From Patescibacteria group bacterium (lineage in GTDB: Bacteria > Patescibacteriota > UBA1384 > 2-12-FULL-50-11), in the NCBI GenBank assembly GCA_022843855.1, contig JALHMV010000003.1, positions 6,560-70,559 of the forward strand: 64,000 bases of DNA. Reading direction: 5' to 3'. A program made the translations under genes and the position numbers. The first letter of the stretch is position 1; every line of letters begins with the position of its first letter. The notes under the pieces are model-generated. The model saw only the letters and a list, made by a program, of their open reading frames with translations, was not told the DNA's origin and searched no databases. Positions 26,227-34,827 of this stretch are shown one piece after another.

Positions 26227-28625
26227 TCCAACGCATCCCGCTACTCGGGGCAGAATTCATGCCGACGACGTCGGTCTCAGGAAGCGAACCGCAGACGATC
26301 TATCGCGGCCGCAATGCCGTTGTCCGCAATCTCGGCATCATCCCGTACGTCGAAGTGTTCCAGGGCAACAAGGATCTACAGCAAAGCTACGCTCTCGGCG
26401 ACCATACGCTTACCGGCACCGCGTCGTTCACCGCGGGCAGCACAACGGTCACCGGAGCAGGAACATCGTTCCTCGACGACGTCGTGCCGGGAATGTTCCT
26501 CCTCATCGGCGACGAAGTTTTTGTCGTCAACACGGTCGAAAGCAATATCATCTTCATCGCAGACCGGGCTCCGACGACGACCGCGGCAGGGCAAACCATC
26601 TATGGGCTGCTCCGGCTGTTCGAGCTCGACCGAAAACGCGGCGTGCTGCGACGAGGGAGTGCGATCGTCCGCGAACGCAAGGACATCACATTCGTCGGCC
26701 GCGGCAAGTTCTACATCGACGGAGCTGATACCGGCTTCGTGGCCACATCGACACCGAAGCGGCTTCAACGGGCCCCGAACGGCACCTACACAGAGTTTCC
26801 GCTCGGCTTTCCGGACGCTCCTCCGGCACCGGTATTCGATATGCACTCGGGCGGATGGAAAGGCATGTTCGGGGGCAAATACTCGTTCATGGCGAGCTGG
26901 TGGAACTCGCAGACAAAAGGGTTTTCAAATCCTTCTCCGCGGGTGAAAGAGAACTCACTCTCTGTTCAGCTTGAGATCGGACTCTCGGGGCGTTTCAGCG
27001 TCGATGTCACCAACCTGCTCTCGATCAAGCCGGCAAATGCGGACGGCGTCCGTATTTGGGGAACGCTCTCGGGCGGCGGCGTAAGCGGCGTGAATCTCGA
27101 GAATTTTCAGACGGGAGCATTGCTGCTCGTCAAGGACATGCCGTTCGCAGGAAAGACCATCACCGCGATCGACACCGGCGACGACTCGCTCACTATTCCG
27201 GATCACGACTTCAAGCCCGGCGATTTCGTCCATTACATCCGAACGGGCGGCACGACCGACGCTGCTCCGCTAGTGAGCAATACCGGCTATTGGGTTTTCG
27301 TCAAGGACCGCAACACGGTCCGCCTGGCATCGAGCGTGGCCAACTTTAAGGCGAATACCGTGGTCAATCTGACCGGTGCGGGCGACGGCACGCAGACGCT
27401 CGGATTTTTCAACACGAGCGATCAGGCGTTCTTCGAGTACCTCGATTACGAAATGGGCATCGTCGCTACGGGCGACAACGACCAGCCGCCTGAATGTGAA
27501 TGGGTGGCGGACTACGCCAACCGGCCGTTCTACATTTCCTGCTTCGGGAACCGAAAGACCGCGGGCGGGCTCGGCTCGGCACCGGGTAACTTCGTCGTTC
27601 CGGGCAAGGACTCGAATCCCGAGGCGGCGCCGTTCCGGTGGCGAGTGAGCGTCGAGGATCCGATCACCGGATGGGCCAAAGGGCTCGGCCGTCTGTTCTG
27701 CCAAACGCCAACAGGCGTCTGGTTCGTCACGCCGACCGGCCGCACCGAGCTGGCCCGCTTCACGGCAACACCGCTCGATTCGCCGTTCACATCGCGGCCT
27801 CTCTGGACCAAGGGAGCGATTTCGCCATACAACATCACCGTCGTCCAGGCGGATGTTTATTCAGTGTCTGGTGGGCAGCCTTACCGCTCGCCGTCGCTGG
27901 CGGATGATCGGCAAAGCCCGTTCGAGATCGGAAAGTTTGTCCGCGACCTGATGCGGAATATGACGGACGGCTATCTGCTGGTTGTGTCGGACCCGAAGAA
28001 CACGCAGCTCTGCATCATCATGTCGGCGGTGCGTAAGAATGGCTCGGGCTATTGGGAATCGGAGATCCTGCCGCTCGACCTCTCGACCAACCCCGGCTCG
28101 TGGCAGCCAAAGATCGTGCTCTCGTCCACGACGGGCGACATGATCGTCAGCGGAGCGGCGATCGTCAACAATCGACTCGAGTTTCTTGCCGGTGGCCGGC
28201 AATCGGTCGGCAGTCCGGTGATGCGAACGTACCGCTATGATGAACGGGCCGGATCGGGATCGATCCCATGGTCGATCGCATTTCAGCCAAGCGATATGAA
28301 CGAGGAAGCAAAGGCGAAGTTCATTCGCTCATTCCGGGCGACCGGGCGTTTGACGGATCCGGTCGTTCAGGTCCACGGCACGACCTGGGCGAATCGGACG
28401 CTAAACCCGGACGATATCGAGCTCGGGCTTAACAGCATTTCCGGCAATATCCCGCTCCAAGCATCGGGCGGCATTGCCCGGAACTTCGAGGTCCGTCACA
28501 TGGTCAAGAATCTCGGCCTCGCTTCGATCCGTCTCGCGGGAACGTGGGTGGACACAGGCACCAATCTCCCCGACCGGCTGGACGAGCTTGTCGTCGAGGT
28601 TGGAACACACGGTACAGGACAATAA
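26223..28625 (+). CDS. tail nozzle / tubular protein B-like
   Basis: 800 aa, beta-propeller-like blades (VADYANRPFY, ITGWAKGLGRLF), C-terminal KFIRSFRATG...IRLAG; located before GNAT-like and ejection genes. Confidence 0.7.
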   Translation: MIQRIPLLGAEFMPTTSVSGSEPQTIYRGRNAVVRNLGIIPYVEVFQGNKDLQQSYALGDHTLTGTASFTAGSTTVTGAGTSFLDDVVPGMFLLIGDEVFVVNTVESNIIFIADRAPTTTAAGQTIYGLLRLFELDRKRGVLRRGSAIVRERKDITFVGRGKFYIDGADTGFVATSTPKRLQRAPNGTYTEFPLGFPDAPPAPVFDMHSGGWKGMFGGKYSFMASWWNSQTKGFSNPSPRVKENSLSVQLEIGLSGRFSVDVTNLLSIKPANADGVRIWGTLSGGGVSGVNLENFQTGALLLVKDMPFAGKTITAIDTGDDSLTIPDHDFKPGDFVHYIRTGGTTDAAPLVSNTGYWVFVKDRNTVRLASSVANFKANTVVNLTGAGDGTQTLGFFNTSDQAFFEYLDYEMGIVATGDNDQPPECEWVADYANRPFYISCFGNRKTAGGLGSAPGNFVVPGKDSNPEAAPFRWRVSVEDPITGWAKGLGRLFCQTPTGVWFVTPTGRTELARFTATPLDSPFTSRPLWTKGAISPYNITVVQADVYSVSGGQPYRSPSLADDRQSPFEIGKFVRDLMRNMTDGYLLVVSDPKNTQLCIIMSAVRKNGSGYWESEILPLDLSTNPGSWQPKIVLSSTTGDMIVSGAAIVNNRLEFLAGGRQSVGSPVMRTYRYDERAGSGSIPWSIAFQPSDMNEEAKAKFIRSFRATGRLTDPVVQVHGTTWANRTLNPDDIELGLNSISGNIPLQASGGIARNFEVRHMVKNLGLASIRLAGTWVDTGTNLPDRLDELVVEVGTHGTGQ

Positions 28626-28873
28626 TGGCACGCGACCCGCACACAGATCCCGATATGATCCAGGCGCTCGAACTCGACCCCGAGAACGAGCTGCTTCTGG
28701 TCGAATACGCACTTCAGACCGGAGGCGTGCAGCTCGGCCTCACCAATTCCGGTGGCGGCCCGGCATTGCCGCAGATCGACGCGGCCGACAGCCTCCTTGA
28801 GATCGCCGGCATCGGCGGCGGCCCGATCGCCGGCGAGCTGCCGATCAATCCACAGGGAGGGCCGGACGTATGA
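28625..28873 (+). CDS. hypothetical protein
   Basis: TAATG coupling to the upstream gene. Confidence 0.6.
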   Translation: MARDPHTDPDMIQALELDPENELLLVEYALQTGGVQLGLTNSGGGPALPQIDAADSLLEIAGIGGGPIAGELPINPQGGPDV

Positions 28874-29364
28874 TGGAATGGCGTGAGCTGCGACAAAACG
28901 GACTGATCTACGAGCACTTACCCGCTATCTGGAAAGCAGAGCGGGCAATGCCGCGATGGTTCCGCGATGCCGCTAAGACGTTCACGCGTAGCCTCCCCGA
29001 GTACGTGACGCAGATCGACACGTATGCGGCCGTTCACGGACTCTTTGACGGCGACCAGCTCGTCCTCGCCGTTTACTTCGAACCACAGGAAGTTCAGGGC
29101 CTTCAATTCATCCATTTAAGCGTGCTCGACCATGCTAAGGCGGCGACGGCGGATGCCGTCGCTCAAATGCGGAAGCTTCGCGACCGAACGCTGACCGCGG
29201 GAGCTCGAATCATTCGCTGCTGGCCGCTCCGCAAGAACCGCGGCGTGATCGCGATCCTAAACGCCATTGATTTCGCATCAACCGGCTTGTTCATGGACCT
29301 CGGACAGTCACGCGGCCGGATCCTGCGATGGGAAATGATGGAGGTACGCCGTGCCCTTCGTTGA
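28870..29364 (+). CDS. GNAT-fold-like protein
   Basis: HGLFDGDQLVLAVYFE...FIHLSV...RKNRGVIAILNAIDF; the position after the nozzle gene is common in podoviruses. Confidence 0.55.
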   Translation: MMEWRELRQNGLIYEHLPAIWKAERAMPRWFRDAAKTFTRSLPEYVTQIDTYAAVHGLFDGDQLVLAVYFEPQEVQGLQFIHLSVLDHAKAATADAVAQMRKLRDRTLTAGARIIRCWPLRKNRGVIAILNAIDFASTGLFMDLGQSRGRILRWEMMEVRRALR

Positions 29365-29590
29365 TCCCTTAGCCCGGGTGCGGGTGATCACGGACATCGA
29401 GCATCGGTCGCAGGCCGCAGCCGATGAGGCCGTCGACGGACTGACGGCGGCGGACATTGCCTTTGATAATTCGGGCGGGTCGCTGGTGGCCTCAAACGTC
29501 CAGTCGGCGATCGATGAGCTTGAGTCGCTTTCCGGTGGCGGAAGCGGGTCGGGCGGCTTCGTGGAGCCCTTTCTGTTAATGGGAGCATAG
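29351..29590 (+). CDS. small virion protein (SNVQSAIDEL fibre motif)
   Basis: GGAGG SD, GTG start; AADIAFDNSGGSLVASNVQSAIDEL; ends PFLLMGA. Confidence 0.7.
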   Translation: MPFVDPLARVRVITDIEHRSQAAADEAVDGLTAADIAFDNSGGSLVASNVQSAIDELESLSGGGSGSGGFVEPFLLMGA

Positions 29591-29920
29591 ATGCCGATCG
29601 CATATAAAATATTGGGACAACAGAGCCCGTCCGCGTCGGTCGAAACGGATCTTTACACAGTGCCGGCCGCGACGCAGGCCGTCGTGTCGTCTTTAGTGAT
29701 ATGCAATCGGAGTGGTTCGTCGACGACGTTCCGTGTGTCGGTCTCGGCAGGTGGTGGGGCGACAGTAAATAAGGACTACCTGTATTTCGATATTGCGATC
29801 CCGGCCTACGAAACCTTCATTGCTACGGTCGGGCTTTCCCTAGGGACTGGCGATAAGGTGCGCGTTCTTGCGGCAAGTGCTGATCTCAGTTTCAACTTAT
29901 TCGGGAGCGAGGTGACGTAA
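29591..29920 (+). CDS. small beta-sandwich virion protein (LYTVP type)
   Basis: YKILGQQSP...TDLYTVPAATQAVVSSLVICNR...GDKVRV...FNLFGSEVT. Confidence 0.75.
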   Translation: MPIAYKILGQQSPSASVETDLYTVPAATQAVVSSLVICNRSGSSTTFRVSVSAGGGATVNKDYLYFDIAIPAYETFIATVGLSLGTGDKVRVLAASADLSFNLFGSEVT

Positions 29921-29921
29921 A

Positions 29922-32120
29922 ATGGCTCAAGGGTTTGCAGGATCAGGACAAAGCGTTACGGTCAATGTCGGCGGGGCCACGAATACTCTCGGTATGTCGA
30001 ACCTCGGCAATACGGCCGGGACCTCGGGTGTTATTTCTGGCTCTAATCTTCAGATGCTGTTTGCGGGTGGAAGCAATGTTACGCTTTCGCAGTCCATTAA
30101 CGGAGCGAGTGCCACGTTATCCATCGCAGCTCAGTCGCAGAGCGTTCAGACACAGAACATGGTCTCGCTGCTTGGATCGACCGGAAACATCAGCCTGGAC
30201 AATGCCAACGGGATCACGTTCGGCGGGAACGCATCGACGATCACCGCTTCGCATAACGCACTGACCTCGCAAAGTGTCCAAACACAGAGCAACGTCCAGG
30301 GCATTTCGGCAGGGACTGGCGTCGGCCGGACCGGGGACATTATTTTCGCAGACTCGAACGGCATAAGTTTCGGGCTGAGCGGAGGCAGCCGGGTCACAGC
30401 CAGTTACACCGTTCCCGCGGTGCCGGCCCAAACGGTCGAATCGCAGACGTTCGGTATGTCGAACTTGGGTAACACCTCCGGAACCTCGGGGGTGGCGTCA
30501 GGCGGACAGGTTCGTGTCTTATTCGCGGGCGGCAATAACATAACACTCTCGCAGTCACTCAACGGGGCAAGCGCGACCATCACCGTTTCAGCATTTAACC
30601 AGAGCGTCCAGACGCAGAACCTTGTAAGCCTATTGGGTTCGACGGGAGCCATCTCTTTACAGAACTCCAACGGTATTACCTTCGGGGGCAATAACTCGAC
30701 CATCACGGCGAGTCACAACGGCCTGACCTCTCAATCGAATCAAGCGGTAAGTGCGGCTAATGGTTCATCGACATTTCAAACGCTTTCATTGGCTAACTCT
30801 AATGGTGTATCGTTCTCCACGGGGACGCAGGGGCTTTATGCGTCACACAACGGGCTCACCTCTCAGAGCGGACAAGCTCTATCAGGATCGAACGGTTCGT
30901 TCGCATTCCAGACCGCGACATTTGGCAACTTGAATGGGGTCTCATTCTATTCGTCTAACGGCTCTTTGGTGGCGTCACACAACGGCCTGACCTCTCAATC
31001 GAATCAGCAATTGAGTGCCTACGCGGCCGGGAACACGACACAGTCCTCGTCTGGGGCACTGAACGCCTCTAACTTATCGTTCCGCGGAGAGGGCGTAGCG
31101 AGCGTCGGCGTGTCCAACGGAAGCGTTGTTGTGAGCGTTCCTTCTGGCGGCGGAGGGGCGGGAACGAATACTCTCGGCATGTCCAATCTAGGAAATACCG
31201 TAGGGACAAGTGGCGTCATATCAGGCACGAACTTAGCGATGTATCTCGCGGGTGGGAATAACGTCACCCTTTCACAATCCATAAACGGATCAAGTGCGAC
31301 ACTATCTATTAGTGGGCAGAACGTGGATGTGTCTATTGGAATGGATGCTGCCGGCAACACGTTAGGTGAGGCCGGCCTGGTAGGGCTCGGGAATGCCGGC
31401 AGGTTTCAGTTTGTCGGCGGGAGCAACATCACGCTTTCACAGTCCTTGCAAACGTCGATCAATCGCGGAACGATCACCATCATCGGCCCAACTCCGGGCG
31501 GCGGCGGCGGATACAGCCTGTTTGACTACCAGAACATCGACCGTATTTCGATGAACAACATCACGAATATGACGGCGACGGGGGTAACGCAGAGACCGAT
31601 ATTGATACCATTTGAATTGGGCGGATCGCTTACTCACAACGCCTTACACTTTGAGGCATCAAGAGCGACGAACGGCTCTAACGCATTTACGGTTCAGGCG
31701 GCACTCTATACATTCGTTGCGTCCAATTCCATCTCCAGGCTTGCGTCATTACAGAACGTCTTTTCCAACACCGATACCGGATCAATTTCAGGTGTGAGGT
31801 TGTTTCGATTAACAGGATGGGAGACGGCGGGAACGGCTCTTACCCCCGGTCATTATGTGATGATGTTATACGCATCAGCAACAGCTACGGCGTCAATGAA
31901 TTATTCGTGGAGAGGCGGAGGCACGGTTGCTCCGCCCGTGGGACTGATCGGTGGCGGAACGGACGCAGTGACCACAGCCAACCTTTCAAGCGTGTCGTGG
32001 AAGGGATTTAACGGGCGCTACACAGCCACCACAATATCACCGCCCGACGCGATACACATTAGTCAGGTTCAACAGTGGACTTCTGGCGGTTCAATATACT
32101 TCAATTTAGCGAGGACTTAA
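29922..32120 (+). CDS. repeat-rich Ser/Thr/Asn/Gly fibre or adhesin protein
   Basis: GMSNLGNTxGTSGV x3, GGxNxTLSQS x4, ASHNxLTSQS x4; very few charged residues; globular C-terminal domain. Confidence 0.75.
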   Translation: MAQGFAGSGQSVTVNVGGATNTLGMSNLGNTAGTSGVISGSNLQMLFAGGSNVTLSQSINGASATLSIAAQSQSVQTQNMVSLLGSTGNISLDNANGITFGGNASTITASHNALTSQSVQTQSNVQGISAGTGVGRTGDIIFADSNGISFGLSGGSRVTASYTVPAVPAQTVESQTFGMSNLGNTSGTSGVASGGQVRVLFAGGNNITLSQSLNGASATITVSAFNQSVQTQNLVSLLGSTGAISLQNSNGITFGGNNSTITASHNGLTSQSNQAVSAANGSSTFQTLSLANSNGVSFSTGTQGLYASHNGLTSQSGQALSGSNGSFAFQTATFGNLNGVSFYSSNGSLVASHNGLTSQSNQQLSAYAAGNTTQSSSGALNASNLSFRGEGVASVGVSNGSVVVSVPSGGGGAGTNTLGMSNLGNTVGTSGVISGTNLAMYLAGGNNVTLSQSINGSSATLSISGQNVDVSIGMDAAGNTLGEAGLVGLGNAGRFQFVGGSNITLSQSLQTSINRGTITIIGPTPGGGGGYSLFDYQNIDRISMNNITNMTATGVTQRPILIPFELGGSLTHNALHFEASRATNGSNAFTVQAALYTFVASNSISRLASLQNVFSNTDTGSISGVRLFRLTGWETAGTALTPGHYVMMLYASATATASMNYSWRGGGTVAPPVGLIGGGTDAVTTANLSSVSWKGFNGRYTATTISPPDAIHISQVQQWTSGGSIYFNLART
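30714..31006 (+). repeat. 29-bp exact direct repeat inside the fibre gene
   Basis: CACAACGGCCTGACCTCTCAATCGAATCA at 30714-30742 and 30978-31006. Confidence 0.85.
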
Positions 32121-32863
32121 TGGAGGCGAAGATCATCGTTCCCAACTTTGAAGGGAGCCACAATAAGGATCTGCTTGCGTCGGCGGCGAGGCTGACGCGC
32201 GGCGGGACGTATCAAGACCTGTCAACTATCATCATCTGTCCAACGCGGGGTGTAATACCCGCGACGGTAGTGCAGTCGTGGATGGGGCTGATGAGGCCGA
32301 TGAACCAAAAAGTGGTCGGGCCGATCTTTATTCAAGGTATGGAGGTCGGGGCGGCATACGAAGCGGCGATCGATATGATAACGGCGCAGCCTGAGCTCGC
32401 GTCGTACAAATACGTTATGACCATTGAAGAGGATAACTGTCCGCCGCCAGACGGCTTAATGAAGCTCTACGAAAGCATCGAGGGTAAGATCGATGGGGCA
32501 AAATACGATTGTGTCGGCGGGCTTTACTGGACCAAGGGCGAACACGGCCAACCGATGTGTTACGGCGATCCGAATGTAATGCCGAGAAATTTTATTCCGC
32601 AGATACCTAACCCGGAGGGCGTGACGCCGGCAAATGGCCTCGGCATGGGTTTCAACCTTTGGAGAATGAGCATCTTTCTCGACGGTAGGGTGCAGCGTCC
32701 GCTGTTCCGCACCGTGCAAGAGGTCGTACCGGGCGTTGGGGCCCGGGCGTACACGCAGGATCTGTGGGCATTTGAGCAGCTTGCCGGATGGGGGTATAAG
32801 TTTGCCTGTGACGGTCGGGTTCGCGTCGGGCACTGGGATCAGCAGAATCAGATAATGTGGTGA
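32120..32863 (+). CDS. GT-A (family 2-like) glycosyltransferase
   Basis: IIICPTRG; YVMTIEEDN (DxD variant); VGGLYWTK; GLGMGFNL; TQDLWAF; VRVGHWD. Confidence 0.8.
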   Translation: MEAKIIVPNFEGSHNKDLLASAARLTRGGTYQDLSTIIICPTRGVIPATVVQSWMGLMRPMNQKVVGPIFIQGMEVGAAYEAAIDMITAQPELASYKYVMTIEEDNCPPPDGLMKLYESIEGKIDGAKYDCVGGLYWTKGEHGQPMCYGDPNVMPRNFIPQIPNPEGVTPANGLGMGFNLWRMSIFLDGRVQRPLFRTVQEVVPGVGARAYTQDLWAFEQLAGWGYKFACDGRVRVGHWDQQNQIMW

Positions 32864-32864
32864 T

Positions 32865-33410
32865 ATGGCAACGAAAGCACAAAAAACAAAAGAACAGCCC
32901 GCTCCCGTAAGGATAGACCTCGGGTGCGGGAACAACAAACGCGAGGGCTTCACAGGGGTCGACCTTATTAAGACTGACGCGGTCGACATTGTATTTGACC
33001 TCGACAGGCCGAAGTGGACGTTCGCGAAGGACAACTCGGTGGACGAGATCCATTGCAGCCACTTCATTGAGCATACCGCGGACCTTATCGCCTTCATGGG
33101 CGAGTGCCACCGCATTCTCAAACCAGGTGGCCAAATGGTCGTCATTGCGCCTTATTATACTTCTATACGATGTTGGCAGGATCCGACGCACAAGAGGGCG
33201 ATCAGTGAGCACACCTTCCTGTATTTCAACAGGCAGTGGCGGGAAATGAACGGGCTGACGCACTACCCGATCGACACTGACTTTGACTTCAACTTCAATT
33301 ATTTTCTTGATCCCGCCTGGGCAGCCCGGAGCGACGAAGCAAAGGCATTCGCCATTAAGCACTACTGGAATGTCGTATCCGACATTCAGGTCGCCCTAAC
33401 CAAGCGATAA
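32865..33410 (+). CDS. class I SAM-dependent methyltransferase (type 11)
   Basis: IDLGCG; GVD; DNSVDEIHCSHFIEH; ECHRILKPGG; QDPTH. Confidence 0.9.
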   Translation: MATKAQKTKEQPAPVRIDLGCGNNKREGFTGVDLIKTDAVDIVFDLDRPKWTFAKDNSVDEIHCSHFIEHTADLIAFMGECHRILKPGGQMVVIAPYYTSIRCWQDPTHKRAISEHTFLYFNRQWREMNGLTHYPIDTDFDFNFNYFLDPAWAARSDEAKAFAIKHYWNVVSDIQVALTKR

Positions 33411-33467
33411 CAGGGCGCCAAGGACTACTCGATAGCGGGGATCTAGCCCCGCGAAACCGTAAACTCG

Positions 33468-33574
33468 TTGCGTTTCACGCGGTGAAGTGCTATTTTTCTT
33501 GACAACCTGAAGCGGCCGTACGGCCCGAACCGGATGAAAGCTCCGCAGCTCAAATTTGAGCTGCGGAGCTTTTT
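33468..33574 (+). promoter_or_regulatory. late promoter + conserved leader + intrinsic terminator, copy 2
   Basis: TTGCGT-17-TATTTT with extended TG; leader TGAAGCGGCCGTACGGCCCGAACCGGATGA from 33508; hairpin AAAGCTCCGCAGCTCAA-AT-TTGAGCTGCGGAGCTTT followed by TT. Confidence 0.85.
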
Positions 33575-33590
33575 CTCATTGGAGTCACAG

Positions 33591-34067
33591 ATGGGGAAAA
33601 AAAAGACCACCACGACAACTAAAAACACGCACGGTTACGTGCCGTACCAGGACACTCAGGACACCAAGTGGGCCCGCGGGCTTGTCCGCGAAGGTGCTGA
33701 CTTCACCTCTCCGCTGGCATTTGCCTACGGCCAGGCCGAGAACGACATCGACAATCAGGTGTTCGAGCAAGACCTGCCCGAGCCTGCCCGCAACAAGGTC
33801 AAAGCCGGCCAGCTCTTCAATATCCGGATGCAGAAGGGGGCAGCGCTCTCCGATGCTCGATCGCGGGAGCACATGGCCAAGACCAGCGGGGCAATGAACC
33901 TCGCCAACATGACGCAGGACAAGTTCGTCCAGACGGGCGGCACGCAAACGACCGTCCAGCCGTTCGATTGGGGCGGAATGCTCACTCAAGGTTTGATGGG
34001 CGGAGCGATGCTGGCGTCGGCGATACCGACCGGAGGGGCGTCGGTCGGCGCGGCCGGAGCTGCGTAA
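33591..34067 (+). CDS. putative ejection / DNA pilot protein
   Basis: GGAG SD; MGKKKTTTTT N-terminus and Gly/Ala-rich hydrophobic C-terminus (IPTGGASVGAAG). Confidence 0.7.
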   Translation: MGKKKTTTTTKNTHGYVPYQDTQDTKWARGLVREGADFTSPLAFAYGQAENDIDNQVFEQDLPEPARNKVKAGQLFNIRMQKGAALSDARSREHMAKTSGAMNLANMTQDKFVQTGGTQTTVQPFDWGGMLTQGLMGGAMLASAIPTGGASVGAAGAA

Positions 34068-34074
34068 GCGTGAT

Positions 34075-34827
34075 ATGACCAAACTCGACCAGCTTAAAGA
34101 GCGAGTCAGCGAGACCTTCACCACGAATGCCGCGTTGTGGTTTTCGGGCGGCAAGGACTCGCTGCTGCTCTATCACGTTGCCCGAAGCCTCGGGGTTACC
34201 GTGAATCTTCTTCGTTTCGATGATGGCTGGTCAGCCCTGCAAAAGAACCTCGTGTACAAGCTCCTGGCTCGCGAACGGGCGGCACTCTACAGCTACCGGC
34301 CGGTGCGCGGAATGATGGTCGGGAACGCGAACAAGGACACTGCCTTCATCTCGTTCTATCCGATCGGCCCCGAAGGACAGTGCCTCCCGGTGATCCGCGA
34401 CATGGTCCACGGTGAACGCTGCTCGTTTGACGTCGGGATCAGGTTCGAGAACGATCGGGTGACGCCACCGGTCCGCTTCAAAACCCACGTGCTCGGCACC
34501 AAGCGGACCGACCGCCACTTCATTTGGGGCGATCTGCCTCTCGCTCCGAGCGACCGGATGGATCTCGGCTACGCGGTCCTCGATTTTCCGCTTTATGAGT
34601 GGACGGACGACGAGGTTGTCGATGTCCTTCGTCAGCTCAACATTCCCTACGAAAAGCCAAGCGAAACACGTGATACCGGCAATATCGCGGCGTGCACGGC
34701 ATGTTTGAGGCCGGGCGTGGGCCCGGTGTTCTGCCCGAAGGCCAAGACTGACATCGAGCGTGTCGAATGGTCGCCAACTGCAAACCTCGAAGCAGCTCGC
34801 AAAATTATCGGAGTACCTGAGCAATGA
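34075..34827 (+). CDS. PAPS reductase-like / PP-loop (adenine nucleotide alpha-hydrolase) protein
   Basis: WFSGGKDS PP-loop; LGTKRTD; FPLYEWTDDEV; C-terminal CTAC...FCP. Confidence 0.8.
   Translation: MTKLDQLKERVSETFTTNAALWFSGGKDSLLLYHVARSLGVTVNLLRFDDGWSALQKNLVYKLLARERAALYSYRPVRGMMVGNANKDTAFISFYPIGPEGQCLPVIRDMVHGERCSFDVGIRFENDRVTPPVRFKTHVLGTKRTDRHFIWGDLPLAPSDRMDLGYAVLDFPLYEWTDDEVVDVLRQLNIPYEKPSETRDTGNIAACTACLRPGVGPVFCPKAKTDIERVEWSPTANLEAARKIIGVPEQ

Noticed and set aside
29922-32120. Diversity-generating retroelement target
   Set aside because: No reverse transcriptase is in the window, and the repeats are in-frame coding repeats, not an adenine-specific TR/VR pair.
33507-33590. Leader peptide LKRPYGPNRMKAP read through the repeated leader (ORF-track starts 33534 and 57225)
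   Set aside because: Some differences between copies are synonymous in this frame, but there is no SD, the stops and downstream frames differ among copies, and near-total nucleotide identity plus stem covariation point to nucleic-acid-level function. Not fully excluded.
34075-34827. Dnd phosphorothioation system or sulfur-assimilation auxiliary gene
   Set aside because: No dndA/B/D/E, ssp or cys partner genes were recognised in the window.
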